A stretch of DNA of 64,000 bases from Octopus vulgaris (lineage: Eukaryota): NCBI GenBank assembly GCA_951406725.2, contig OX597822.1, positions 34,410,001 through 34,474,000 on the forward strand, given 5' to 3'. Shown piece by piece: positions 43,520 to 58,086 of this stretch. Under the pieces are notes generated by a model. It saw only the letters and a program-made list of their open reading frames with translations. It did no database searches and had not been told where the DNA came from. Position 1 is the first letter of the stretch; every line of letters starts with the position of its first letter. Both the position numbers and the translations under genes were made by a program.

Positions 43520-43522
<3 letters not shown>

Positions 43523-43585
<63 letters not shown>

Positions 43586-43955
43586 GTATATATACATATA
43601 TGTATACATATATATATATATATACACACACATATATATACATACATACATATATATATATACATACATGTATATATACACATACATATATACACATACA
43701 TATATATATATACATATATATATACATACATACATATATATATATATACATACATACAAACATATATATATATACATACATACATATATACATACATATA
43801 TATATATACATATATACATATACATATATATATATTCACATATATATATATACACATACATATATACATACATATATATATACATATATATATATATACA
43901 CATATATATACATATATATATATATATACATATATATACACATATATATACATAT

Positions 43956-43986
<31 letters not shown>

Positions 43987-44112
43987 TATACACACACATA
44001 GATATACATACATATATATACATATATACATACTTATATATATACATAATATATATATATACATATATATACATACATATATATATACATACATACATAT
44101 ATACATACATAC

Positions 44113-44147
<35 letters not shown>

Positions 44148-44300
44148 GATAGATAGATAGATAGATACATACATACATACATACATACATACATACATAC
44201 ATACATACATACTTACATACATTCCATACATTCTTGCCTAGATAAGCAGCATATATACATATATACATATATACATATATACATATATACATAATATATG
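43523..44300. repeat. Long compound (TA)/(CATA)/(TAGA) microsatellite
   Basis: Directly visible. Confidence 0.95.
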
Positions 44301-44736
44301 TGTGTGTGTAGAGAGAGAGAGAAAGAGAGAGAGAAAAAAGAGATAGGGAAAGAGAGAGAAGAAAAGAGAAGAGAAGAGAAGAGAAGGGAAGTGAAAGAGA
44401 TCGTAAAAGAAGCTGGCGTTGTGTATATATGGAATTTTATAAATTGGGCAAAGTTAAACATTTATGAGGCCTGAGATGGCTAATGAAAGATGTACAGAAA
44501 AAGGAAGAAGAGAGAGGGAGAGTGGTGATAGATGGAGCGAGAGAGAGACAGAGACAGTGGAGATGGAGGGAGAGAGAGAGAGAGAAAAGGAGAGTGATTC
44601 AGGGACAGATCTAGAGTTTTTCTGTCTTTATATTCTGGGTTCAAATTCCCTCGAGGTCTACTTTGCGTTTCATCATGCCGGGGTCAAGCACTGAGAGCCC
44701 TAAAATTTCAGACCTTGTGTCTATACTCAGAAATGA

Positions 44737-44768
44737 TTATTGTTGTTGTTGTAGTTGTTGCTTTTAGC

Positions 44769-44802
<34 letters not shown>

Positions 44803-44895
44803 CTTCTTCTTCTTCTTCTTCTTCTTCTTCTTCTTCTTCTTCTTCTTCTTCTTCTTCTTCTTCTCCTTCTTCTTCTTCTTCTTCTTCTTCTTCTT
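44737..44895. repeat. (GTT)n-(CTT)n trinucleotide tract
   Basis: Directly visible. Confidence 0.95.
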
Positions 44896-45027
44896 TCACA
44901 CATTCTTTCTGTTACTTTTACGGAAGGCATTTTGCTTTGGTGACACTCTTAACTTTATACATATTGCGTATTCATCATAGTGAAAAAAATTAAAATAAAT
45001 ATATACATATATAATGTATCTGCGTAT

Positions 45028-45085
<58 letters not shown>

Positions 45086-45274
45086 ACACGCACACGAACA
45101 CATAAACACGCTCACAGACACACATACACATATAAATTCGCTTGCGTGAATGTTTGCAATATTATGGTTTCCTCTTTTCCTGGTTGTACTGAGAGCTCTT
45201 TAAATATCACGTTTTTGCTGAATGTCATAGATATATAAGACTGGGATACAAACACACATTGATAACATTTATAA

Positions 45275-45336
<62 letters not shown>

Positions 45337-45530
45337 GTCTGTCTGTCTATCTATCTGGCTATCTATCAATCTATGTATGTATCTATCTATCCATCCATCC
45401 ATCTGTCCGTCCTTCGGTCCGTCCGTCCATCCACCTACCTACCTACCTACCTACCTACCTACCTACCTACCTACCTACCTACCTACCTACCTACCTACCT
45501 ACCTACCTACCTACCTACCTGCCTGCCTGC

Positions 45531-45584
<54 letters not shown>

Positions 45585-45627
45585 TTATATATATGCATAT
45601 ACTGTATATATATATACATATATATTT

Positions 45628-45669
<42 letters not shown>

Positions 45670-45670
45670 T
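45275..45670. repeat. Compound tetranucleotide/dinucleotide tract (CTAT, CTGT, CCAT, CCGT, CTAC, TG, TA)
   Basis: Directly visible stepwise motif drift. Confidence 0.9.
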
Positions 45671-46595
45671 ACATAAATACACAAACATACATATACAGGA
45701 TATATAATACTGATGCGTATATGCATGTTCTTATTTTTTATGTATACAGTGACATTTGTCTCTGTGCGTTCATATCTGCAGATGGATAAATACTTGAATA
45801 GATAGTTAAATGGATAGCTTGATACAGAACAAGATTGAGTCGTTTTGATATTAATAACTAATATCCAAGCTTTGGAACATGATTTACACAGCCATCTTTC
45901 CATGCAGTGAACTACAAACATGACATTGTGCCCAATTTAAAAGACATCATTATGCTCCTTGTAAACAAAAAATAAGTACAAACATTAATTTACTATGCAC
46001 GTTGCCACATCAAATATTAAATTGAAATATGTTTTTCTGTTAATGACTTCCTTTCAAAATTCTTATGTGAATGTGATCTAATATTTTAATTTTCAAGCTT
46101 TATCTCCAAGATATATGATTATAGATAAAAATACATACCCACACATGTATATGTACATATGCACACGTATAGCTGCATTCACACACACATACACACGTAC
46201 AAATATACATACGTACATATGTGTGTGTATGTGATTGGGTGTGTGTATAATTTAATGGAATTTTGATAAAAACTGTGACTAGTAGTTTCAGATTGACATA
46301 TTTGCTAATAAATATTCATCTTGGGAATATCGCTTACATCCTCCGAAAATAACTGGCGAAAAAATTCTCTTAGTTGGAGAACTCAGCAATGTTCCATTGT
46401 CAATTTTTTTGGAAAACGAACCTATACGAAATCAATAGTTCTTGATTGTTTTTTTTTATTCAATTTCTATTTAAATCATTCTATTCATCTTTCCGGTAGT
46501 GAGTATTCCTTTCATTTCGCTATTAATGAGTATATCAATCTATTTGTTTCTCCACATATTTTTGAATTTATATTCATAGAAACGGTTTGATATAT

Positions 46596-47200
46596 TGTTA
46601 TAATGAATTAGTAATAATGGTACGCCACTCCCATGTGACAAATGGAATAACCTAGTCACTATAAGTAAAGAGAAGTACGTGAAGTACCAGAGTACGTAGT
46701 AGGCCGTCAGAGATAGTCGTGTCTTTACTGGTTTTACTTAGTATACTCTATACCGAAGTAGGCGTTATTATAAGCCAACGCAATAAGGATTGTAAGAGTC
46801 ATAAGGAGGATTTAAACAACACATGGGGAATTAATAAATTTGATGAGTATAGACCAATTCACCTGGAGTTAATAGAAACTCGAAAAGGAGTTGATAAACT
46901 CACAAAGTCGGAATATGAATTTTACGAAAAATCGTGAAAGTATGGAAAATTTGTTGGCAGGTTTGCTCGAGATGCAAAAAGAGCAACAATAATAGCTGAA
47001 AGAACAACAACTGCAGATACAACTGCAAGAGCAAGAACAGAAATAACAACAATGAAAAATAATATTACGGCAACAAATGATGCAATTACTGAAATCGCCA
47101 AGAAAATCAGAAAAAGGGTTCTGGACAGATGTTGCAAATTTTATAAAAGAGTTCGAATACGAACCTGACGAAGGAAGGAGCTACTTTCAAAACATATCAG
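46596..47200 (+). mobile_element. Gypsy-type LTR retrotransposon relic (putative 5' LTR 46596-46821 plus decayed gag start at 46942)
   Basis: A TGT...ACA-bounded segment followed by caTGG (PBS-like). Then MENLLAGLLEMQKEQQ**LKEQQLQIQ...QQMMQLLK...DVANFIKEFEYEPDEG, which resembles the Gln-rich N-terminus and F-x-Y-x-P-D/E motif of invertebrate Gypsy gag. Confidence 0.55.
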
Positions 47201-47549
47201 AGAACATACGAGCAAAGTCAACGCTGGATTTCGGAAAGACAATATGATTAACATTTGAACACGGAAGCTTAAAATTCGGTACAAACTCTGTAAGTCATTC
47301 GATTCGATGCGCTAGCACTTCTGCCGACTCTACGCTCTCACTTCTTCCATTTTCTGTCACTTGCTTCCCCCTTATTCACTGTTCTCGCCTGTTTCTCACA
47401 GTCTCTGCCTTTCTCTCTAGTGCATTTTACTGCAAGCATCTGGACCATGTCTCTGGTTTGAGAGTATCTCTACTTTCCCGATCCTACTGTTGGCTCTGAA
47501 AATTGTGATACACCACTCTTTGCCTCCTGACTAAATATAAATTTATATT

Positions 47550-47627
47550 ATGCATAACATACATACATACATGCATGCATGCATTCCTGCATACGTACAT
47601 ACATGCATACATACATACATACATACA

Positions 47628-47658
<31 letters not shown>

Positions 47659-47852
47659 GTACACATATATATACATACATGCATACATGCATACATACAT
47701 ACATACATACGTACGTACATACATACGTACGTACATACATACATACGTACATACACATATATATACATACATGCATGCATTCCTGCATGCATGCATACAT
47801 ACATACATACATACATACATACATACATACAAACAAACAAACATACATGCAT
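47550..47852. repeat. (CATA)/(CATG)/(CGTA) tetranucleotide tract
   Basis: Directly visible. Confidence 0.9.
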
Positions 47853-48591
47853 AGAGAGACCCAGGCAAATCACCAAAATATGATAACTGATGCAAACTTT
47901 GTGGAGTTAACACCGAAGATATCACCCACATCATAAACAGGTGTCGGGAAATGTCATCCCGGTATTATCTACCAATGATATACGATATTGTAGCTAAGAT
48001 ACTGTATGTGATAGTAAAGAAACGTGCAATGTATTATTTTGCTCAAGAAAGACCCGAATTGCACAGAACAGGAATCGAAAACACGTTATTGTGACCGCTA
48101 GTGAAACATCTTGACACCTAGTTTACATGCCTTAACATATATAAATAGTCGAGAACAGAATAAAACAGATTTAGTTGGTTATTTTAATATAACTCCACCA
48201 ATTGCATAACCTTTACATGTGTTTCACTTGCGAATATTAGTTTGTTGTGCGCTAGACATTTGCATAATTGCCTTGAAAGGTAAGATCTCAAGAAGAAAAT
48301 CATAATTATTGAACAATAATTTCCATTATTGGATTATATTGGAGATACATTATTTACTGCTTATTTTTATATTTTATACATCTTTCTGGAGAAAAATTTC
48401 AGACTAACTCTGTGAATGCTCTCCATTAAAAGTTTCAACTGATTTTAGACTGCTCCCTGGAGGTATTTTCACCTAATATATTCTTTGTATGGAGAGGTTG
48501 TATGTATATATGTATGTATGTAAGTATGTGTGCATGTATGCATATATGTATGTATGTCTAATATAATGTGATAGAATAATATTTGATATAT

Positions 48592-48633
<42 letters not shown>

Positions 48634-49253
48634 ATAAATATATATACATATATACGTAAAAGAAAGATAGGAAATGTGAGTATTTAATTTACAATCTCCA
48701 TACAGGCACTACAGTGGCAAGTACTTTATGATTTCGTGAAATTAATTTTATGTAATCACTAGGTAATTGGCAATGAATCTTAAGTAAACATGTCGTAAAT
48801 AAATATATTCACAATGTATTCTTCTGTCTTGAATTATTTATCCGTATTTATTCTATGGCTACTAGAGTTCACTAACTGGTAATATGGTATTATCTGTGTA
48901 GTGTCAAGAGTTTCTTTCCAGGCATCTCATTCGGGGTGTAATGAGATATATCGCGTTCAAACTCACTGGTTGTATGTACTGCACTTTAATAGGTACTTAA
49001 CATGCATGCGCACACTCACACTTACACACACAAGCACACATACATACAAACATATATATACACACAGATATATCCTTACATGCATATGTATATGTGCATA
49101 TATATATATATATATATCATTATGGATAAATACATATGTAAATGTACATATATATATATATGTACACACACATATATACAAATATATGTATATATCCATA
49201 CATATATATAAAGACAGACATATATGTGTGTGTGTGTATAAGCATGTATATTT

Positions 49254-49333
<80 letters not shown>

Positions 49334-49355
49334 ATGTGTGTAAATATGTATATTC

Positions 49356-49399
<44 letters not shown>

Positions 49400-49762
49400 T
49401 TTATATTATATTGAGGGTACTACTATTCGTAGATACCAACACGCTAAGAGGGACCAATGCGGTCAAAACTACTAAAAATAAACAAAATTTTACCGAATGC
49501 AAAACTTCGGTTGGCTATCGAGCTTGTAATGTTATGTTTTTCTCTTATATTTCTTGAGTTTGTTGCACTGACGAACATGAAATGCATATTCTGCATTAAA
49601 TGCGAAATCACATGTGATATGTAACTGAATTCTTTTTTAAAATGATGTGTTTTGAAGTTTTGCATTCGGTAAAATTTTGTTTATTTTTAGTAGTTTTGAC
49701 CGCATTGGTCCCTCTTAGCGTGTTGGTATCTACGAATAGTAGTACCCTCAATATAATATAAA
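49400..49762. mobile_element. Foldback/MITE-like element with perfect 109-bp inverted repeats
   Basis: 49400-49508 is the exact reverse complement of 49654-49762, with a 145-bp spacer. The ORF track shows the same peptide on both strands. Confidence 0.85.
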
Positions 49763-49890
49763 TGAATATTTTCAAAGAGGAAGAATTTACGGTTTTTCTC
49801 TTACGAGGTTTTTCACGCTGACTACTGATAATTTCTTTTAAATATTTTATCCTCAATTGTTAATATATATATATATATATATATATATAC

Positions 49891-50158
49891 CTGTGTGTGG
49901 AGATTCATTTTCTTTTTGTGCCTTATAATTTAAAATTTCCACTTATTTTCCTAAAATTTTATTTTATTTACCTAAAATTTTCGTTGCGTCTTGCAACCTT
50001 TTCAATAGTCTTCAAGAGTCAAGACTATCGAAAAGGTTGCAAAACGCAATGAAATTTTAGGAAAATAAAAATATGGAATAAGCGGATATTTTACTGGTGA
50101 GTGTAGTGTGTTAAATTATAAGGTACCAAAAGAAAATGACTTTCTCCAAACACAACAG
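49891..50158. repeat. Imperfect palindrome (foldback) centred at about 50016
   Basis: Inner arms cctaaaattttcgttgcgtcttgcaaccttttcaatagtctt / aagactatcgaaaaggttgcaaaacgcaatgaaattttagg. The outer arms also pair. Confidence 0.85.
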
Positions 50159-50220
50159 AATATGCTTCAAAACACACGAACTCACATAGGAGAATCTTCC
50201 AAACCGAATCTAAAAGCGAA

Positions 50221-50284
<64 letters not shown>

Positions 50285-50287
<3 letters not shown>

Positions 50288-50588
50288 GGGATGATTTGTT
50301 GCCAACTTAATGTAGCAGTACCAGGGTAAGGAAGAATGGTACTGCTGTCTAGCCGCAGGAAGCACTGTTTCCAGTTGGCTATGTGACACAAGCGTGCGTA
50401 CTGTGACCTTATGTTTTCAAATAGGAGAGATATCGCACCTGCTTATTTCCCCTGTTGGAAAATATAAGGACAGTCAGCATGTGTCACATAGCCAACTGGA
50501 AACGGTCTTTTCTGGGGCTAAATAGCAGTAGCTTTCATTCCTGTCCTGGGACTGCCACACTATGTTGCCAACAAAGTACATCACTTTA
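50285..50588. repeat. Imperfect palindrome (foldback/MITE) centred at about 50438
   Basis: Arms gtttccagttggctatgtgacaca / tgtgtcacatagccaactggaaac, with pairing also in the outer and inner arms. Confidence 0.85.
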
Positions 50589-50784
50589 TCGTGCTGCTAC
50601 TGAATAAGTCTCTCTGAGACATTTAAAAATGCAATATTTGTAATTATATATATATATTCTTATATAAGATAAACTTGGAAATGGATGCGTGGCTTACAAT
50701 CATATAATAATATAAATAATATATATATAAATATGCATATATACATATATGTACATACTTAGATATATATATATGTATATATTT

Positions 50785-51166
50785 ATGCGTATACGGGTAC
50801 ACGGCGTCACAATACGTAAGCAACATGAAATATGAAATACGAAAATAACATGAAATACGAAGACAAATTTGGGTATGCAACAACGGAACAAATGGAAAAC
50901 AAGACAAGGAACATAAAGAACGACCCTTCATCAGTTGTCGGCTGTCCATCCACTAATTCTAAATTTTATCTTGGTTTGCGGGAGCAACTGCCTTTCGAAG
51001 CCTCATATTGTTGTTAAATGCTCGAAATGAGGAGTAGATAGACAGACGACAACTGATGAATAATGTTGTCTTGTTTCCATTTGTTTTTCTCCTAGTTGCA
51101 TACCCAAGTTTGTATTCGTATTTCATGTTGTTTATGTTTTGTGACGTCCTGTACTCGTATATGCAT
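50785..51166. repeat. Imperfect inverted repeat (arms about 50785-50954 and 51033-51166), possibly PLE-derived
   Basis: Paired segments include ttgggtatgcaac/gttgcatacccaa, ttcatcagttgtcg/cgacaactgatgaa and catgaaatacgaa/ttcgtatttcatg. Confidence 0.8.
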
Positions 51167-51256
51167 ATATATCATATACATACAAACTTACACACACATA
51201 TATAAGTGTATCTTTCATTTTTCTCGCCCTCCTTAATTCTTCTATCCTTCTGTCTC

Positions 51257-51290
<34 letters not shown>

Positions 51291-51781
51291 CTCCCCATGT
51301 AACCGGTATTCGGCAAGGTCTGACCTTTCTTTCTTGGTTCGACTACCATCCGTGCAACATCTATATTTCTCCCATTGTCTGTTTAAACCTATGGCCCTGC
51401 CGTAAGGCTTTACTTCCACATACGCCAGCTTAATTTAATTCGTCCTTAGTAAAAAAAACACCTGTTCTTATGTCCTGTTTATTGCATTTGTATTTCTGTA
51501 ACATTTTCCCTTTTTTCCGTCCTTGTTTTCGTATAGATTCGATGCTTTCTTCCAAGGAATCTAATGTTCTTAGCTTAGTTTTTCCTTGAGGCTGTCTAAA
51601 TTGGAGCAATCTCGAGTATAACCAGCCGAAATTGCAAGCATAATCTGGAACTCGACTGAGGATAGAAAACTCCGAATGACCCGTCCTTGTTTTCTTTGTA
51701 TCGTCTGTCTCGATGTTTTGTTGTCCCCTTTTTTGTATCACCTAACTCTCTGGATGTTTTGCTTCTTGTCCCATTTTTGTA

Positions 51782-51813
<32 letters not shown>

Positions 51814-52182
51814 ACTATATAAATATCGATAGATAGTAGGTACCCCCTCAGTTTTGATGATGATGATTCTGATAAATAACCCACTGAATTACGTGCTCAT
51901 TAATTAATATGTGCGTATTTCTTGAGCAGAATCCGCGTAATACAGTGTGTATCATGATCGTACCTTTGAATAGCTGCTACAATCTATCCGAAGGGTTTTC
52001 ATACATCTCGCTATACCTTATTCCATTCCTAAGATATGGGTTGACTTGTGGCCATAGAATATAGCACTTGCTGATGATGCGGAGGATTTGAAAACGAAGC
52101 CTCGTGAAGCGAACTTCTTAACGAATTGGCCACAACGTGATTACACACAAATATATACACTTACACACACATATGGATGGGA

Positions 52183-52565
52183 TGGAAGCACTCCGTCGGT
52201 TACGACGATGAGGGTTCCGGTTGATCCGAATCTACGGAACAGCCTGCTCGTGAAATTAACGTGTAAGTGGCTGAGCACTCCACAGACACGTGCACCCTTA
52301 ACGTAGTTCTCGGGGATATTCAGCGTGACACAGAGAGTGACAAGGCCGGCCCCTTGAAATACAGGTACAACAGAAACAGGAAGTAAGAGTGAGAGAAAGT
52401 TGTGATGAAAGAGTACAGCAGGGATCACCACCATCCCCTGCCGGAGCCTCGTGGAGCTTTAAGTGTTTTCGCTCAATAAACACTCACAACGCCCGGTCTG
52501 GGAATCGAAACCGCGATCCTGCGACCGCGAGTCCGCTGCCCTAACCACTGGGCCATTGCGCCTCC
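52183..52565 (-). mobile_element. SINE family D (head D + tail X), complete and young-looking
   Basis: Intact A and B boxes. The 3' half matches the tail of family B at 32885-33073. Confidence 0.88.
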
Positions 52566-53993
52566 ACACACACAAATACATACACTTACACACACATATA
52601 CTCACAAACACACACATACAAACACATGTACATTTGCATCAACATTATATCCGTATTTTATGAACACACAAACAAAAGAAATATACAGAGAATAAAATGC
52701 TCGAAAAAGCATGCAAAATAGTTTGATATTGTTGCTGCGGTTGATATCTCCATTTGAACTTCGGATGGTAACAGGTTAAATAATTTCTTTAAAAAAATCT
52801 GCTCGCCTCCAGAGGAACAAAGAGATGCTACAAAAACCCATTTATGATTGCGATAATAAATAACTATGCAACGTAGCTATAACTAAAAAAACTATGTGCA
52901 AGCGAAGAAAGGATGAACTGTACCGGAATTCTTTTGATAGAGATTCTCACATGTCAATCCTGGAAATAGTGTTGTCTTATGAAATGCTAATAATAGGCAC
53001 GCACATCAAACACTTCGTGAATAAATAAGGAACTATAAAAAGAACACATTGCGATTAGAAGAGGAGCCTTCCAAGAATATGGATGAGTTTTGTATCAATA
53101 AATTATTCTATTCTAATCTAAGACTACATAATGTGAGAGAAAGAATAAAAGAGAAATATATTTTTGTTCTTTGTTACTTGAAACAAAGTATCATCACTCT
53201 CTCTCTCTCACTCTCTCTCTCTATCTCTCTCTCTCTTTATATATATCTAAATCCACCCCTAAATCCATCTCTGCAATCATCCATCCACCTGACCACACAA
53301 CCATCCATCCGTCCGTCAATCCAGCCAGCCAGCCAACCATCCATCCAGTCAGACAGACATATATACGCAATACATCGGAGGAAGAAAATCCGGTGCAAGT
53401 TTCTGTGGTACGCCTAGATGACCCCAAGTTTCTGAGTCCATTCCCCACTCAAGGTGACATTTAAATAACAGCAGGACATCTACGAGTCACTATCTCGGTA
53501 GGCCCGGTTCCCTTAGTGTGTCAGGAACTAATGGCTCGAACCACTTTTTTTTTACAGGAATTCTCTGAAGATTTTTCCAGCCATCCACTCGCTCCGCAGC
53601 GAGCTTCGTCTCACCAAATGTAAACACACACATATGTACACACACAAATAAACACACACACATACACATGTGTGTGTGTGTGTGTGTGTGTTCGCGCGCG
53701 TGTACGTATATATATTTGGTAAACCAAGAAGAGAAATATAACTCAAAACACGAGTTAATATTGTTTGGTAATAATTAACTAGCAGTTTATAAAAGTGACC
53801 CAAGATTCGAGAACCTCGTGTCGTCTAAAATTAGTATGTCTGGGTGAGTGTGCATAGTCTAAAAACCAACCCACTTTTGTCACACTCTGTAATGAAGTAA
53901 GTCAAGTTATCGAAATTTCCAATAGAAGCAATTTCAAATAAACAGAATCTGACTAATGTATAGAAGCCTTTAATTGAAACAAGAACCGTTACA

Positions 53994-54382
53994 TAGGCGT
54001 AGGAGTGGCTGTGTGGTAAGTAGCTTGCTTACCAGCCACATGGTTCCGAGTTCAGTCCCACTACGAGGTACCTTGGGCAAGTGTCTTCTACTATAGCCTA
54101 GGGCCGACCAAAGCCTTGTGAGTGGATTTAGTCGACGGAAACTGAAAGAAGCCCGTCGTATATATGTATGTGTGTATCTCTGTGTTTGTCCCCACGCCAT
54201 CTCTTGACAACTGATGTTGATGTGTTTACGTCCCCGTAACTTAGCGGTTCGGCAAGAGACCAATAGAATAAGTACTAGGCTTACAAAGAATAAATCCTGG
54301 GGTCGATTTGCTCGACTACAGGCGGTGCTCTAGCATGGTCATAGTCAAATGACTGAAACAAATAAAAGAGTAAAAGAGAGTA
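53994..54382 (+). mobile_element. SINE family A, full length
   Basis: Matches the family consensus. Confidence 0.9.
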
Positions 54383-55039
54383 AGACTATAGCCACTCGAA
54401 CGCCTTTTCACCTATGCTAATCTGGGTTTTAGCTGACGTTTTATAATTCGCACTTTTATATTTATTCCTCATAAAGTTAGCACTATCACCCCGAATATAG
54501 TTAGCATATTTTGCTAAAGTTTACCAAACTAGTTGCGTTAAATACTGGAAAGAGAAAAAGAAGCCACCTTAAAAGTAATTTAAATTATAACAGGTTTGTA
54601 ACGTCTATATATGATTTTCTTTTTACATATTATCTAGATGTTATTCTAGATTTTTACATGTTTCCTTTTTACATGTTATCTAGATCTGTCTTAAAGCTAT
54701 ATATTTACATAAAGATTTAAACAGACATATGCCAGCAATAGTAAACATTTTTAACACAAACGCTTTTGCCACATGATATATCAGGGTTTTAATGAACACA
54801 CAAGGGAAGTCAGTCGTCGGTCAACCTGCTGAAAAGAGCAGTTAAATCTCTCACAAATCGCAGTTGAATTCCTGATACATGAACGACAAAACTGTCTCGA
54901 CCGTAACACATTCCATCATTGGTTTTCGACGACAACTGACCTGAGATTACGGTGAATTTCGCTTAATTGCAATTCAACAAAGAAAGGCCTCTGCTCGTTT
55001 GAGTGACTTGCTAGATATATCAGTCACATTCCCGTCTTT

Positions 55040-55460
55040 AATTACTCTTACTCTTTTACTTGTTTCAGTCATTTGACTGCGGCCATGCTGGAGCACCGCC
55101 TTTTTTAGTCGAGCAAATCGACCCCAGGACTTATTCTTTGTAAGCCTAGTACTTATTCTATCGGTGTCTTTTGCCGAATCGCTAAGTTACGGGGATGTAA
55201 ACACACCAGCATCGGTTGTCAAACAATGTTGGAGGGACAAACACAGACACACAAATACACACACACACACACACACATACATTTATACATATATGCGACG
55301 GGATTCTTTCAGTTTTCGTCTACCAAATCCACTCACAAGGCTTTGGTCGGCCCGAGGCTATAGTAGAAGACACTTTGCCCAATGTGCCACGCAGTGGGAC
55401 TGAACCCAGAACCATGTGGTTCGTAAGCAAGCTACTTATCACACAGCCACTCCTGCGCCT
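55040..55460 (-). mobile_element. SINE family A, full length
   Basis: Matches the family consensus. Confidence 0.9.
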
Positions 55461-57536
55461 AAGTAATTAGGTAAAAATGCATTAGAAAATGTTCCACGCT
55501 TACAAAATAACAAGGTAATGTATATACCATTATATACATGCATACGCAAACTTGTTTATACAGGTTCTTGCAGGTGATATGAAGCGTCCGCGCAGAAGGA
55601 TTTCAGATTAATATTGGTAAGAAATAAAAGAAGCATTTACATATAATTCTTTTGTATTTTTATCGTAGAGAACAATTCATTTAATTTCCTAAAAATTAGT
55701 AATAATTAACTATATTTTATTTTGAATTGTTTTTGATCATACCACAGACAGTGACTGTCTAACAAAAAACCAGGTCTCTTATTAATGATATTCAATTAAT
55801 TAACTAGACATTTTTCTAATTGAAAAATATTTGGTCAAAGAACCGCACAGCACGTTTTACATATTCTTTAGTGATCAGACATGTTGTTTAGAACTTCTAT
55901 TAACAAATATCCACAGTTCTACAGCTTTGTTTACTACAATGATCTGAAAATTCTTGACCTCTGTTCTATCTTGCCGCTATCTTAATTGTAATACTATGTC
56001 AGTTTGTTTTCTCTCTCAGACAGCTGCAAATTTAAAGTTGTTTCCTTTTAAGGTCTAACAACTAGGTTTAGTTGTTTACTACAAACTGCAGCTTTCTAAC
56101 AAATTAAAGAATATATATATATAGCTTCAATCAGAGCTTCAGTTTTAACCACCAACTCTGCTTCGCTTCAGTTAGGAATAGCATTAACCACCTACGATGA
56201 AGCATTTACCAGTCATGAATAACATTCCTGAGACGTCTCAAGGACAAAATAATAAGAATCTATAGAATAATACGAAATCTGAAAATCAGTAGAATTATAA
56301 CTCTAATTCATAGTTATGCTCCAAACAATCTTTCTTTACATAAACCAGAAATTACAAAATCTTACTTAAATTTTTTCCCAAACAATGGATCAGTTTGTTT
56401 TTTTCCTTTTAAATTGTAATTAGTCGTTCCAAAGTCTTAAATCTGTTTTAAACATGAATTCTTAGCCTATTGCCTACAAACAAGTATTTCCTTCTAATTT
56501 CCTATGTCTTGCTTCAATATATCTTACATGCAAGTTTCTTTAGCATGCCAACGCGCACACACTCACGCACACACAAACACGAGAGCACACAAAGACACAC
56601 ACACACACGTCTGACACGAATACAAGCGCAATACACGCTACACTCTTAGTTATGCTGTTGAGCAGCGACAGCCATTTTGCAGTTTACAGTTTTCCTCTTT
56701 ACGCTCCTCCAACTCTATATTCATTTACAGCATTTGGTACCAAGAAAACAAACCATGAAAACGTCTTCACCGGATACTTATATCATTGTTTATTTCACAT
56801 TTCCATTGCTCCCCCTCCTTGAACGAAGGCACATAACATTCATGTTATCCAGATTTATTTCTAAACTGTGTTGTACATAGGCGCTTGCATACAGCGCACG
56901 TCACGCGTTTTGTCATGAATTTTGTGAGTAAATCACACAGAAATGCCTGTATACGTGATTGGTATTTTTCTGTTGAAACCTTCAGAGATTCGCCATCTCA
57001 ATCGTGCTCTCAGCAATTCTGCGAAAACCTTAAGTTATCACAAATTTTGTCTATATTGATCTTTATCGATTGCTACTTTCTAAGCAATTTAGGAACGAGC
57101 TAATATAACAAAGTTATGCAGACAATATTCATTGTCAATGTTGTGATATGTGATATGTTAGCATATTAGATATTAGTAGTTTGTGAGCCATTTTTTGGCA
57201 ATTTAAAAAGAAAACTGCTGTTTAACTCTAAGTCTTCCTTAATCGCCACTGCAAGCTATGATTAAGCTGTGACATTTACGCTCCCTTACAAGTAGTTAAC
57301 CTCGATATTGTTTTGAAAGAATAACTTTTATCAGTTTAAAACTCGTTTTTATTTTGCTGTTGATTGTTTACTTCAGCCAAATATTTTAACTTCACAAACA
57401 CAAACATAGGTAGGCATAAATTCTATAAACCCTTCTATGGCAAGTTATTCAACTGACATTGCAAAACTGGTAAACTATCAATATACACTATGGCTAACAT
57501 ATTCATGTAAACGTATTATTATTTATTGGTGTTAAT

Positions 57537-58086
57537 TATTGGGTTGTCAGGAAAGTTCGTGCTGATTTTTAAAGGAAAGAAAAAGTTCAATAAATACTTG
57601 CCATTACATTTTTAATCAACCATATATGAACCATTTTGTTGCACAATGCGTCTCCATCTTTCCTTTAACTTGAAAATACCCTCTTCCCAGAATTAAGGTG
57701 ATTTCATGGTACAGAATTCATCAACGTCTCTTTTTACGTCATTCAATGATTTGAAATTTTTTACCCTTAAGACTATTCTGCAGAGACCTGAATAAGTGGA
57801 AATCCAAAAGAGCAATATCTGGTGAATATGGAGGGTGGGGTAACACATCCCAGCCAAACTGCAGCAATTTTTGTCTGGTTCCGAAAGCATCAAGTGCCAA
57901 AAATGAACTTACTTATCTTCCAATTTAAAGGTTTACAGAATTAACACAGTTTATAGGAACATAAGCCTTCTTCCACGAAAAGATAGCTTAAACTGTGCTG
58001 TAAATGGAGGTGTAGTCAAATCCTATTTTATGGACTCAACCATGTGCTAAAATAAGTCGAAAGGTAAGCTACTATAAATCGGCACG
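57537..58086 (-). mobile_element. Mariner deletion derivative, same family and same deletion as 23878-24448
   Basis: Colinear reverse complement with the same junction, cacttgatgcttt(g/c)ggaaccagacaaaa. The right TIR is truncated. Confidence 0.92.

Noticed and set aside
44708-44993. Poly-Glu/Gln, poly-Arg and poly-Ser ORFs
   Set aside because: They come from the (GTT)n(CTT)n tract, which is open in all frames.
51430-51780. 103-aa minus-strand ORF, and a ggctg...cagcc-GAAA hammerhead-like stem on plus
   Set aside because: It looks like a repeat bounded by microsatellites, and no intact CUGANGA box precedes the stem.
52490-52565. Bona fide tRNA genes at SINE heads (also 288, 27572, 32750, 34780, 62770)
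   Set aside because: A and B boxes are present, but there is no clean cloverleaf with an acceptor stem or poly-T terminator, and each runs into a repeated SINE body.
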